Assembly: GCF_009834535.1 (NCBI RefSeq)
Contig: NC_045696.1
Coordinates: 44,580,001-44,644,000 of the forward strand
Origin: Camelus ferus
Lineage: Eukaryota
DNA length: 64,000 nucleotides
Direction: 5' to 3'
The position numbers were made by a program, and so were the translations under genes. The notes beneath the pieces were generated by a model. The model worked only from the letters and a program-made list of their open reading frames with translations. It had not been told where the DNA came from and ran no database searches. This document shows, piece after piece, positions 51,600 through 64,000 of the stretch (position 1 is its first letter; the number at the start of each line of letters is the position of its first letter).

Positions 51600-52605
51600 A
51601 AGCCTAGACCTTGGATTATTTTAGAGGTGGCCATGCGACAGGATAGCTCAATCATACTGAATTTCAGGATTCCTTCTGGGAATACTAGAACAAAAGTCAT
51701 CTCTTTGCTCTGGACCATACATTGTATAGATGTGAGGCAGTGGAACAAATATAGCTATTTTTTCTTCCATAAGTAGGCAAAACCAACACACAAAGGAAAT
51801 TAGAACTTAGAGGGAAAAAAAGTCATAGAGAAACTTAGCTGATCCACGATCTAATCATGCCTAAAACTTATACCACCTTCAAATTTTTCTTCAATAAAGC
51901 AAGTGATATTCATTATGTATTACTACATGACAAATTACCCTAAAATGTATTGGCTTAAAATGACAATCATATTTATTACCTCCTATGTTTCTATAGCTCT
52001 GGAATTCAGACAGCATTGTGGGATGACTTATCTCTGCTCCATAATTAGAGGTCCTCAAGTAAAATACTTGACGGCTTGAAGGCTGTGGCCTGGAGTCATT
52101 TGAAGCTCATTCACCCACACATTTGGAAATGGATGCTGGCTGTCAGCTGGAGAACTGGTTGGGGCCGTGGGCTGGAACACCTACATATGGCCTCCCCACA
52201 TGGGATGCATTTCCTCCCATCATGGTACCTAGGTTACAAAGGAAAGGAAAGCACATAGACTGAGAAAAGAAAGACAGACAGACAGACCCAGACACACACA
52301 TACACAAAAGCTATGTTGCCTTTCATGATTTAACTTCAAAAGTCAGGCAGGATTGCCTCTGCTTTATTCTTCCGGTTGAGTCTCTTAGAGATGTGTACCC
52401 ACCTTCAGGGAAAGGGAACATTAACCTGCACCTCGCTATGGAAGTATGCCAGTATGACATGTCAAAAAGAGCACTTGGTGTTATGTATGTATTGGTGGTG
52501 CCAACTTTGGGAAAAATAACCTAGCACACAAGCCATGAATATACATTTATTGTATAAGCCAATTTGAATTAAATTATTTGTTTCATGCAACTAAAGCACC
52601 CAAAT
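51600..52605 (+). mobile_element. Old MaLR LTR (MLT1J/K-like) split by a second MLT1
   Basis: tctaatcatgcctaaa before the insert; agccatgaatatacatt...aagccaatttgaatt...tttgtttcatgcaactaaagca after it. Confidence 0.5.
51905..52530 (-). mobile_element. MaLR LTR (MLT1G/H-like)
   Basis: acaaattaccctaaaatgtattggcttaaaa...tggatgctggctgtcagctgg...acacctacatatggcctc. Confidence 0.85.
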
Positions 52606-52674
52606 CACATCACACTTATACATGTTATTTCATTTAATGTGAACAACTCCTATAGAAAGGAAGTACTTTTAACA

Positions 52675-53250
52675 CCTTATCAATCAGTATTCTTTAGAAA
52701 AATAAAACTAATAAGATATAAAATAGACGACAGATGGACTGATAGACAGATAGATTTTAAGAAATTGGCTCATGATTATGGGGGTGGAAAGTCCAAAACT
52801 GGTAGATTATTGTAACAGGCTAGAATCTCAGGCAAGAGTAATGTTATAGTCTTTAGTATGAAATATATAGGGCAGACCAGTAGGCTGGAAACTCAGACAG
52901 GATTTCTATTTTGCAGTCTTATCTCAGGACTGTCCTATTTGTGTTTTGTGGAGCTGCCCATTGTGGCCCTGTCTTGTCAATACAAGTGACCTTTCTATTT
53001 TCAATGTCAAAAAAAAAAAAGGCAGAATTCCTTCTTTTCTGGGAAATTTTGTTTTTCGCTCTAAGGCTTTCAACTGATTGGATGAGGCCCACCCATATTA
53101 TCAAGGGTGATCTACTTTTCTTAAAGTCAGCTGATTATAGATGTTACCCACGTCTACAAAATATCTTCCCAGCCACATCTAGACTAGTGCTTGACCAAAC
53201 AACTGAGTAGATTGGCCTAGCCAAGTTGACACATAAAAATTAATCATTAC
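52675..53250 (-). mobile_element. MLT2C/D-type 3' LTR of ERV-L
   Basis: ttttaagaaattggctcatg...ttcaactgattggatgaggcccacccatatt...gcctagccaagttgacacataaaa. Confidence 0.9.
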
Positions 53251-54197
53251 AGTCAACTTGGCACCAAGACACATCTCCTTACACTATGCTGAATATCCAA
53301 ATAAAGACAGGAGCAAAGTCATACTTCCTCCTCATATGATACAACTATCCTACGTACAACTGAGAAAGCACTAACCCTTAACCCAAAGGGGATGCAAAGT
53401 CCTTGGGTAATACTTAATCTTCTCCTTGATATCCTATAACTTAAATACTATGATGTAACATTAACAATACTTAAATACTATAATGTAAAGTTAATCCATC
53501 TTATGTGATAATAAGGTAAGAGAGGGAAGAAGACAAATATATTTGCTTAATAGCACACACACATATTTATAAAGAAATACTCATGACAATTACAGTCCTC
53601 ATTTCAGCAACTGGCCATGTGATCATAGCTATTATTTACAACTACTTTCTTCTACTTTCTATTTCATAATCCCTGTGCCCTTAGCAAGTATCTCAGCTGG
53701 TTGTGATCCTTTGCCTGATGGGGTAACCCAAAGCCCTGCCTGGACTGGGTTGTTGTAGTTTTCCATGAGCTTTAATCATAAGGCAGGACACTACTAAGAA
53801 AAGCCCTAAGGAATCTTCTGTATTCCAGATATACTCATCCTTCCCTACACTGTATAGCAGCTGTCTGACTGACCTTTGGTAACCAGGATCAATTTTCCCA
53901 GCCAGTACGGTAAGTCTTCTCTTTGTTGACTCAGAGGCATGAGGAGCCCAAAGTGACTAGGTAACAGTCCCAACCTCTAGCTCAGTGGGCTCATTGTTGT
54001 GTCTCCCAGTAGAAGCACTCCTCTCTTTGGAACTAACACTTCGAGACCAACAGGACATAAGGACATGGGGACTTAAAGCAAAATTTTGCTAATGGATCAC
54101 TAGTGGTGAGTGGTCCCGTTTCCATCCCCTGATGCCTGGATCTGTGACCCTGACTATGGGACAAACAATACCACATATTGAACACTGATTTAGAGCA
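53251..54197 (-). pseudogene. ERV-L internal 3' region: integrase C-terminus and dUTPase remnant
   Basis: Minus-strand fragments SDPLAKF, GLEVLVPKRGVLLLGDTTM, LPSHFGLLMPLSQQ, TVLAGKIDPGYQ, KDEYIWNTED, IKAHGKLQQP, with stops and frameshifts. MIR halves flank the LTR+internal unit. Confidence 0.88.
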
Positions 54198-54427
54198 GGT
54201 ATGATACCCATTTTTTAAATATCTTAAGACTGGGAATCACATTGCTTAAGAAACTTGTTCAGGGTTACTCAACTAATAAACAGGATTTGAAGTCAAGCTG
54301 TCTGACATCAATGTATGTTCCATAGTAATTCAGTGTGGTTTATTGAGTCTGAATGTCTGTAAATGGCCTTCAGCACTGTAGCTACATTCAGATTTGACTC
54401 TGCGTACTCAGTGGACTGCATGACAGT

Positions 54428-55201
54428 TTGGGAAGTTCTCCATTTACTCTTTAGATCCACTCTTCACCCTTCTCTACCCAACTCCACACTGTATTCTGGA
54501 CACTGACTTTATGGGCTACATCAAATAGGCTTGCTCACTGACTTTTGGCTCACTTGTGTATGGCCATGAGGAAATGTAAAGGTGGGAAAAAAGGTAAGCC
54601 AAGGTATTTTTCCTTCAGCTCTTTTATTGATAATCTGCAATGTGTGAGTAGCTTTTTTTTTTTTTTTTTAACATTTCCTGAGCTACACTAGAGCTCTCAC
54701 TGAGTCCTGATCATTCTTTTCTTTTCCTTTTATCACAAGTACTGAGGCAAATTCTGACCCCCTAATATGGCACCATTCACTAGGGGTCCAGCCAGACACA
54801 TTGGACATCTTCTGTCATTGACGGGACAATTATTTTTCATCAGAGGAATAGATGCATTAGAGATATGTTTTCATTGCCTTCCACAATATTGCCAGCTCCA
54901 TCTTCGGACTTATACAATGCCTTCTTCACCACGGCATCCCACATAATGTCACCTCTGGAAAGCCAACTTATTCTATGTTGTAAGAATTATAAATCTGGGC
55001 TCATACCCATATTACCCTGTGCCTTATCACCAAGAAATGGGGTGGTAATACCTTCCTGCTGTCGGGATCCCCAGTGTGCTTCACCATCCTTGTTAGTGTC
55101 CCTTAATCCTGTCCACAAATGTAAATGGTGCCCTCATTAAACTCTCCTCAGTCACATCTTCAAGACACCATCTGTTTCTGACAGGAACATCATTCCAGAC
55201 A
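54428..55201 (+). mobile_element. LTR33-like ERV-L LTR, interrupted
   Basis: Start ctccatttactctttagatccactcttcacccttctct; end ccctcattaaactctcctca...ccatctgtttctgacagga. Confidence 0.7.
54745..55037 (+). pseudogene. ERV-L-class integrase core fragment nested in the LTR33-like element
   Basis: Frameshifted translation LTP*YGTI, HIGHLLSLTGQLFFIRGIDA, IFGLIQCLLHHGIPHNVTSG...IWAH resembles ERV-L IN (SPRYGTI, YIGPLPSWKGQRFVLTGIDT, GLTECLIHRHGIPHSIASD...WAH). Confidence 0.75.
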
Positions 55202-57879
55202 GTGACCTGCTATATTCAAAGAAGGCTCATCCTCATATTTAAACTGCCAACATATTATCTCCTATACCCACATCTAAAGGTGCTATAGCTATATGAATGT
55301 GGTTAGATGGTTCCTACCCCAACATTCTGGAGTCTGGTTAGTTCTGCAAATGGTGAAAATTAGACACAGGGAGGATTGTAACTACTTCACAGATTAAAGA
55401 GTTCCTAATCTCTCTCAAATTAGTCATAATTTCAAAGACCAGCAAGCAAAGTCAAAAGAACTCCAGTAAAAAAAATGAAAAGAGTCCAAGGGCAAGGGGG
55501 GCCTTAGGTCCTCATGCTTACAAATTAGAAGGCTAACAAGTCTGAATCTGTAATTCAGAAACAACAACATGCTCAAAATTTGCACATTTTGATCTAAAAT
55601 AAAACAAGTTCCTAAAATAGGTAGCAACTTAAATCAATAACATGGCTAGACAAACTTAAAAATTGCCAATAGTTGAAAGCTAATTTTAAAAAAAACTTTC
55701 AGAGAAAACTAATTCCAGGACTGCAGCTTAATGTTCTAAGAAACCCCCATGTAGAACAGCCGTGCTGCGATGCGACGCACCAGGTGGGACTCCCATGCTC
55801 CTGCCTACTCTAACTGCTAACAGTGCTATCAGCACAGAGGATGCAGGTGGAACCCAATCAAAGGGTCTCTCTGAAAATATGCTGAGTGTTTTCAATAACC
55901 CATCTTCTTTCTGAACACAGGAGTGCCTTGATCCTAGTGAGTATTCAGTTTTGCCCTACCTCCCACCCAAAGCTAAAACAGTAGGGAAAATCTGAGGATT
56001 CTCACTGACTAAATCATATCACAGGTTTCTGTGTATCCAATTCTTTAGAAGATAGGATTTGAGCACCAATGTTCTGTTGAAGAATTTCTGGGACAAACTA
56101 CAGAATGAACACATAGGATAAACACTCCCTTTCAGGTAATCAAATGGGAAATAGAATATTTTAGTCTCTCCTTAAAAAAAAAAAAAAAAAAAAAAACACG
56201 GTCTAGCAGAAGCTAAAACTTATTGACAACTTGTATCTATAAAGATATGGTGAAATAAGAATTTCTCTATATGAGTCCTTTAAAAAAAAAAGTCAAGGGA
56301 AGACCATACATGGAATCAGGTGTATTCACATACTATGGAATAAATTTTAACTTCCTCAAGTTTATGCCATGTTGAATTCTCAAGCATCATAAGTCACCAA
56401 TGTAAAGATGTAGGATTTACACCTGCTAATTTTCACTTGTGTTGTTTACAACGGACTCATCCATGTACAACATGGAGGATAATCCATAGCAGAAGGTCCA
56501 GCCCCAGGCCCTCTTCCTCTCCACCTTCTACAACTTTATTTTCTGAACAAATATACCTAAGGGACCATAATGGAAGCCTTTAAAGAGGGAAAGTTTGACA
56601 CAAAAGGACGAGGGTAAAGACAACAGAATGAGAGTTTGGCAGTCTTATCCCTTCATTTGGTGATAGAATGAGAGTTGGGCTCATGAATACTATGCTGTAA
56701 TTGTAGAAACAATACATAAATCATCTTTAGTCATATCTTTCTACTATGTGTGGATTTTCTTATAACTTTTTTCCTTTCTGTTTTTTTTTTTTTTTAATAA
56801 AAAGGGAAAATGTCACAAAATGCTTAAGGGAATTTGCTGGAATATATTCCCTCTAGTGACCAAAAAAAAAAAAAAAAAAAAAGATTCCAACCTTTGGCAC
56901 ATATCTCTTGTATGGAAATAAAGTTTCTAGGATTAAGATGCTCTGATTGATTCATTTTGGTAATTTTCATGGAATAGTCTTTTCTCCACTATATCTGTAT
57001 GTATTGTCTTATATTCAGCCATGTGAAAATTTGAAGAATATTTCTATTAAATTTTTTCAATTTGTAGGGCCTAGAAACTAACATGACTGAAGTCACTGAA
57101 ATTAGAGACACATTCTAGAGGAAGTGGGTGATATATATTGCTTGTGGGGAGAAAATGTAATAGTGATCCTCTTTAAATCTTTCCAAAGAACCCATAAAAA
57201 ATTTACAAGAAACAAACAGAGTGCTAAACAAAACGATTTGAGATATAAGTTAACAAGTTTACCTATGAAGTAAGTTAATAAGTTATCATGAGTTCATAGC
57301 ATACTTAATTTAGTCCCACAGCCATTTCGAAATGCAACATAAGAAGCATTTGATAGAGCTGAGACTGAATCACAACGATGTGATTGTGAATAAGCATCAA
57401 CACCGGCTGGGCACTTCCTGAAACCACTGTGAATGACATTATACACACTGAGCCTTTCAGTTTCCAAGGATATAATAGAAAATGGATAGTAGCTAAGGAA
57501 AAGTCTACACAGTGCCAAATATAATAACTAAAAAATTAATCCCTGGTGATACTTTGAAATAACCAAATAGTAGCCAGCATAGAGATAAAGACAAAATTCT
57601 GCATGCTTGATTTCCTAAGTTTTCATCAATTTATAAAATTGGGGAACAACATCTTGTTTATTTGTTTTATTAGAAATGACCTTGTATTTACACAAAAAAT
57701 TTTCATTTAAAGATGAGAAAAAGTGAGAATCAGAGATGTTAGGTTAGTAACATAGACCTAACTTTTATCTGTCTACCTACTTTACCAGCTCACTAAATTG
57801 GTTACAGTATTCACCATGTTCATGGGATCAAAACAACCTAATTACTCAGAAGAAGGATTTTTTTTTTTGTATTTGGACT

Positions 57880-58010
57880 AGTCGGGAGAATCTCCTAGGC
57901 ATCTTCATCAAGTAAGAGGTAATACCAAGAAGCTTAGAGAGGGTAAGTGATTTGCCTAAGGTCACACAGACAGTAAAAATGCTACACCCAGTCTTCACGT
58001 TTGATAAAAG
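57880..58010 (-). mobile_element. MIR fragment
   Basis: gcttagagagggtaagtgatttgcctaaggtcacacag. Confidence 0.75.
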
Positions 58011-58992
58011 TATGGGTACAGCCTTCAAGAATTTAGCAAGATTAGGATATGAAATTTTCAGGCTGTGTCTATGAATTGGTGAAAATTACAAGAGATGAAT
58101 CAAAGACCATTCTTTTGTGAACTCTGAAGATAATTACAGGTAACAACTAGGGCCTATATGTTTAATGTGGCTGAGTGGCTCAAAAAATAATTTAAATACT
58201 TTGAAGGGATGTCTTATCTGAATCAGATGAAATAGTGTCTGCAGACAAACAGCAAAGTTTTAGAAAAAACATGAGAATTGAAATATTTCCTCAGTTTTTC
58301 CCATGGTGTTTCCATACCTGCATCACAAAGGGGTAATATTTTTCAAACAGTCAAACTCCTCAACAAGTAACTTGGCTTTTGGATTAAATTTCAATTGTGC
58401 ACATCATAGAATTCTATAAATTCTATATGATTTCTCAAGTGTATTATGAATAACTCCCATGTGCCAAGTTTTGTGCTAGAGACTGTCATAAAAGAAAAAA
58501 TGTAAGCTATAATAGTATTGCTATATATTTACCTGCTCTGGACCATTTTGAATGAATTTATCAGAATTCTGTGACAAGTAAATGAAAAAAACAAATCATA
58601 GCCGACAGTAGTATAGCATGCCTGAGCTTTGATTGATTAGACTCACAGTCAAACACATGAGAGACTTTCCTTCAGTGTTCACTGTGAGAATGTTAAGAAA
58701 AACATAACACAAGAATGGTCAGCTCTAGACTGCTGCCAAAATATAAGAACACATAGGTAATTCTTCTATAGGTCTTGCCAACCATCATTACTCAACTTTT
58801 CCTTCCAGAGCAAGCATTTACATCCACCCCTTGGTGTTTGGCAATATTCTTTGCAGTTTATATGTATTCTTCAAAAGGCCTGGATTCATATTTGGTGGAA
58901 CAAATCTTGTATGCACTATCTAAGTCCAGTGATTTAAGATTTCTTGTGATTCTCTTCCTCCTCAACATCATTTTCTACATAATACCTTCTAG

Positions 58993-59350
58993 TGCAGTGC
59001 TCATCAAACTTTAGTGTACATCAGAATCCCCAGGGAAGCTTGTCAAGACAGAGACTTGAGAACCCTGCCCAGAAATTCTGATTCATTAGGTCTGGGGGGG
59101 GGAGGGTCAAGACTCTGCACTTTCTACAGGAGACAGTGATGCTGTCAGTCCACCAACCTCACTTTGAATGGCACTGCTCTAATGGCGCATTACTACAAGT
59201 GTGCCCTGCAGACAAACAGCACCACCACCACCTCAAAGTCTGTTAGAAATGCAGAATTTTGGGCCCCACTATAAAGCTACAGAATGTTTTCCTCAAACAA
59301 TACCATCAGGTGAAGTTACACATCCATTGGGGGAAATCTGTCATTACTAG
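58993..59350. mobile_element. Two adjacent MER5-type MITEs
   Basis: cagtgctcatcaaactttagtgtacatcagaatccccaggg...ttctgattcattaggtctgg; then cagcaccaccacc...tgttagaaatgcagaattttgggcccca. Confidence 0.75.
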
Positions 59351-60296
59351 AGATCACATAGCAAAGACCCTTACAGTCTATAGGACCTATGCTCAATTTG
59401 CTTGCCTCTGGGTTAAGCCTCTGTTGTCAAATATAGTTCTTGGGTCCTTGTGCTAATTTTCAGGACAATTTCTTCTGAAAAAAAAATCTAGACACTAACT
59501 GAGTGACTCTTCATTAGGTGAACAAGAAAATATCCACATCACCCACATTAAAACGGATAGGAAAGGCTGAGACACACTATCACCATGAACTCCACCTCTG
59601 GCACAACCCCACACAATCAGGAGGGAAGTCCCAGCTTCTCCCTGAGGAGAAAGGCATCTGAACCCTCCATTTAGTGCCCCAACATGTAAGATTCTCACTT
59701 GAGGGACAGGCTGCCAAAACAACTAGCTCTGAAAGTCAATGGTGCTTGCATCCATGAGACCTATAAGACTATAGAGCAAATAAATAAACAGCTCTTAAAA
59801 GGCTCACAAGGACTTGCAGTGGCTACCCCCAACCCCCAGGGCTCAGTGCAGAGGAAGCAGACAGAAACACCCATCTCCTAGGCTTTCCCTGAAAGATGTT
59901 TATTTTCATACCTTAAAAGCTGCTGCCTGAGCATCAAGTGTCTACTACAGCACACATCTGGGGATAGACATGATCCAGCCCAGAGAACAGGGAAGCTTCT
60001 GGACACTTCCCCTGCCCTCTCCCTCTAGCTTGCTCCAAGTCACCACTATCTCCTCGAAAGGAGATTGTACATATGACTGACACCCCAACTTCTGTGACTG
60101 CTGCCTAAGGGACAGGCCCCTGGATCACCTGGCTCTGATAGGCAAAAGGCTTATATTTATAATTTCCATAGAACTATACAATAAAGAAGTAATTATTAGA
60201 GAGTACAGAAGAACACCTCTTGCCACCACCACCATGGCTATATCATGGGACCAGTGCAGAGAGTCAGGGGAAAAAAAATCTCACCTCCCAGCTTCT

Positions 60297-60672
60297 CCAT
60301 TTACTTTAAGTGTAAATGGACTAAATTCTCTAATTAAAAGACATACAGCAGCTATATGGATCATAAAACAAGATCCTACTATGTACTGCCTACAAGAGAC
60401 TCACTTCAGCTTTAACAACATACACAGACTGAAAGTAAAAGAATGAAAAATATATTCAATGCAAAGGGGAACCAAAAGAAAGCAGAAGAAGCTATATTTA
60501 TGTCAGACAAGATAGCGTAAAAAGAAAGAAACAAAAAAAAATCATTATGTAATAATAAAGGGGTCAATCCAACAAGAGGATATAATATTTGCAAATATTT
60601 ATATACCATGTAGGAGCACCTAAATATAGAAAGCAACTATGAACAGACTTGAAGAGAGTAACATAGAAGAAA

Positions 60673-60717
<45 letters not shown>

Positions 60718-63700
60718 CTTTATTACCCTATTTTCAACAATAGATAGATCATCTAGACAGAAATCAACAGGGAAACATTGAACTTAAACTACATGTAAGA
60801 CTAAATGGACTTAACATACATTACAGAACATTTCATTCAATAAAAGCAGAATACACATTCTTTTCAAACACATATAGAACATTCTCCAGAATATATATAT
60901 GTTAGGCCACAAAACAAGTCTTAATAACTTCAGAAGATTTAAATTATATCAAGCATCTATTTTGACCACAATGGTATGAAATTAGAAATTAATTACAAGA
61001 AAAAAATCAAAATTCACAAAAAGTGGAGCTTAAGCAATATGCTACTGAACAATCAATGGGTCAAAGAAAAAATCAAAAGAGAAGTCAAAAGTTACCTCAA
61101 GAAAAATGAAAATGGAACTATAACATTACAAATGTAATGCTACAAAAATAGTTCTAAGAGGGAAGTTTATAGCAATTAATGCCTACATTGAGAAAAGAAA
61201 GATCTCAACTAGCAACCTAACTTCACATGTCAAGAAACCAGTAAAAGAAGAACAAACTAAGCCCTAAGTTAGTAAAGAAAGGAAATAACAAATAATAGTG
61301 AAAATAAATTTTAAAAGAAGCTAAAAAGACAATAGAGAGTATAAATAAAACTAAGAGCTGGGTTTTTTAAAAGATGAATAAAATAGGCAAACTTTTAGTT
61401 GACTCACCAAGAAAAAAAGAGGACTCAAATAAATAAAATTAGAAATAAGAGGAGACATTACAACTGACACCACAGAAATACATAGGCTCAAAAGAATCCT
61501 GTGAACAATTATATGTCAACAAATCGGAAAACCTAAAAGAAATGGATACATTCCTAAGACATACCAGCTACTAAGACTAAATCATGAAGAAATAGAAAAT
61601 CTGAACAAAGCAAATACTAATAAGGAGATTGAATCAGTAATCAAAAAATTCCAACAAAAAAAATCCAGGACCAGATGGTTTCACTGGTTAACTCTACCAA
61701 ACATTTTAAAAACAACTGACACCAAACCTTCTCAAACCCTTCCAAAAACAGAAGAAAAGGGAACACTTCAAGCTTAATTTATGAGAGAAGCACTACCATT
61801 ACCTGATACCAGAACCAGACAAGGACACTATAAGAAAAGAAAACTACAGGGAAATATATTTGATGAACATAAATGCAAAAACCCTCAACAAAATGTTAGC
61901 AAACTAAATTCAAGATTAAAAGGATCATAAACCATGATCAAGTGGGATTTGTTCCTGGAATGCAAGGATGGTTCAATATCCAAAAAAGCAATGCATTCAT
62001 TGCATTAACAAAATGAAGAATAAAAATATGATCACCTCAATAGATGCAGAAAAAACATTTGACAAAATGAAACATCCATTTATGACAAAAACTCTCAACA
62101 AACTGAGTATAGAGGAAATGTAACTCAACATAATAAAGGACTTTTATGATGAGCCCACAGCTAACATCATACAAAATGGTGAAAAGCTGAAAGATCTTCT
62201 TCTAAGATTAGGAACATGACAAGGATGCTCACTATTGCCACTTTAATTCAACACATTACTGAAAATCCCAGTCAGAGCAGTTAGGCGAGAAAAAGAAAAA
62301 AAAAAAAAAAGGCATCCAAATTAGAAAGAAAAAGTAAAATTGTTTCTATTTGCAGTTGACATATAATATATAGAAAACTCCAAATACTAGAACTAATAAA
62401 CAAATTCAGGAAAGTTGAGGATACAAAATCAATGTATAAAAATCAATTATATTTCTATATACTAACAGTAACTATCAGAAAGAGAAATTAAGAAAACAAT
62501 CCCATTTACAATAGCATCAAAAAGAATTTTAAAAAAAAGAATAAATTTAACCAAGGATATAAAAGATCTGTACACTAAAAATTATAAGGCATTAATAAGA
62601 GAAATTGAAGAAAATACAAATAAATGAAAAGATATTCTATGCTCATGGATTGGAAGAATTAATATTGCTAAAATGTCCATACAATCCAAATGATCTCCAG
62701 ATTGAATGCAATCCCTATCAAAACTCCAATGGCATTTTTATGGAAATAGAAAAAATAATCTTAAAATTTGTATGGAGCCACAAAAGGCCCCAAATAGCCA
62801 AAGTAAGCTTGATAAGAACAAAGATGGAGGCATTATACTTCTTAATTTCTAACTATTTAAGAAAGCTATATATAACAAAACGGTATGGTATTGGCATAAA
62901 AGCAGACAATTTGGTCAATGGAAGAGAACAGAGCATCGACAAATAAACTTATATGCATGTGGTCAATTAATTTACAACAACAGAGCCAAAAACATACAAC
63001 AGGGAAGCAATAGACTCTTCAACAAATGTTGCTGGGAAAACAAGCCAGCAACATGAAATAATGAAACTGGACCTATATCCTATACAAACATAAAAATTAA
63101 CTTAAAATAGATTAAAGACTTAAATTTAAGAACCTAAAAACTTAAAACTTGTAGAAGAAAACATAAGGATAAGCTTCTTAACATCAGCATTGGAAATGAG
63201 CTTTTGAATTTGACACCAAAAGCAAAAATTAAAAAAGTGTAATTATATCAAACTAAAATCTTCTGCATAGCAAAGGAAACCATCAACAAAATGAAAAGAA
63301 AACATGCTGAAAGGGAGAAAATATTTGCAAGGCATGTCTGATAAGGGGTTAATATCTGAAATATATAAGGAACTCACACAACTCAATAGCCAAATTCTGA
63401 TTTCAAAATGGGCAGAGGACCTGAATAGACGTTTTTCCAAAGCAGATATTCAAACTGCCGACAGTTACATGAAACCATACTCAATATCACTAATCATCAG
63501 GAAAATGCAAATCAAAACCACAATGAGATATTTGTTCATACTGTTAGAATCATTATCACCAAAAGATAAGAGATAACAAGTGTTGGTGAGGACGTGGAGA
63601 AAAGGGAAGCTTTGTACACTGTTGATGAAAATATAAGGTGGTACAGCCACTATGGAAAAAACAGTATGAAGTTTCCTTAAAAGATTAAGAATAGAACTAC

Positions 63701-64000
63701 CATATGATCTAGCAATTCTACATTTGGGTATGAAATAAAATTACTACCCTGAAAAGATATCTTAACTCCCATGTCCACTGCAGCATTATTTACAATATTC
63801 AAGGTATAGAAACAACCTAAGTTAGTATGGACAGATGAATGGGTAAAAAAAAAAAATGTGGCCTATACATATACAGGTACAATGGAATATTATTTCAGCT
63901 ATAAAAGAGAAGGAAAATCCTGCCATTTGTGACAACATGGATGAACTCTGAGGGCATTACACACTATGTGAAATAAGTCAAACAGAGAAAGACAAATACT
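60297..64000 (+). pseudogene. Decayed L1 ORF2 (endonuclease, reverse transcriptase, C-terminal domain)
   Basis: [55 protein letters not shown]. The FADD motif has decayed to FAVD near 62349-62360, with many stops and frameshifts. Confidence 0.93.
60675..60716. repeat. (TAA)n microsatellite inside L1 ORF2
   Basis: About 14 tandem TAA units. Confidence 0.95.

Larger units (their letters stand above)
59495..64000 (+). mobile_element. Long L1 (L1MA-like): partial 5' UTR joined to ORF2, ORF1 absent; runs off the window end
   Basis: 5' UTR-type sequence to about 60295, then continuous ORF2 homology to the window end. Confidence 0.92.

Noticed and set aside
57331..57421. LRR-like peptide HLIELRLNHN in a short + frame
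   Set aside because: A single short motif with a stop soon after and no neighbouring repeats; likely chance.

Overview
This is AT-rich, CpG-depleted mammalian DNA with many repeats, most likely from a camelid, because two tRNA-Ala-derived SINEs (34045-34197, 39112-39210) match the Vic-1 type. I can support no recognisable host protein-coding gene, functional RNA gene or CRISPR array; the window reads as intergenic or deep intronic. The protein-like ORFs I recognise are decayed transposon genes: a full-length Tigger1 (2645-5032), L1 ORF2 remnants (near 1000-1520, 48810-50275, 60295-64000), an ERV-L dUTPase/integrase tail and a separate integrase-core fragment. The rest is MIR, L2, MaLR, MER and LTR fossils, microsatellites and unique stretches that may be regulatory. 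The most interesting observations are a 254-codon non-repeat ORF on the minus strand (9375-8611), a 101-bp L1 5'-only insertion with an apparent TSD beside a strong splice donor, two internally deleted L1s, a young-looking solo LTR, a poly(A)-ended insert in an MLT2 LTR and a symmetric (GT)11/(AC)11 inverted repeat. Family names come from recalled consensus sequences rather than a search, and most repeat boundaries are approximate. I found no convincing new biological system.
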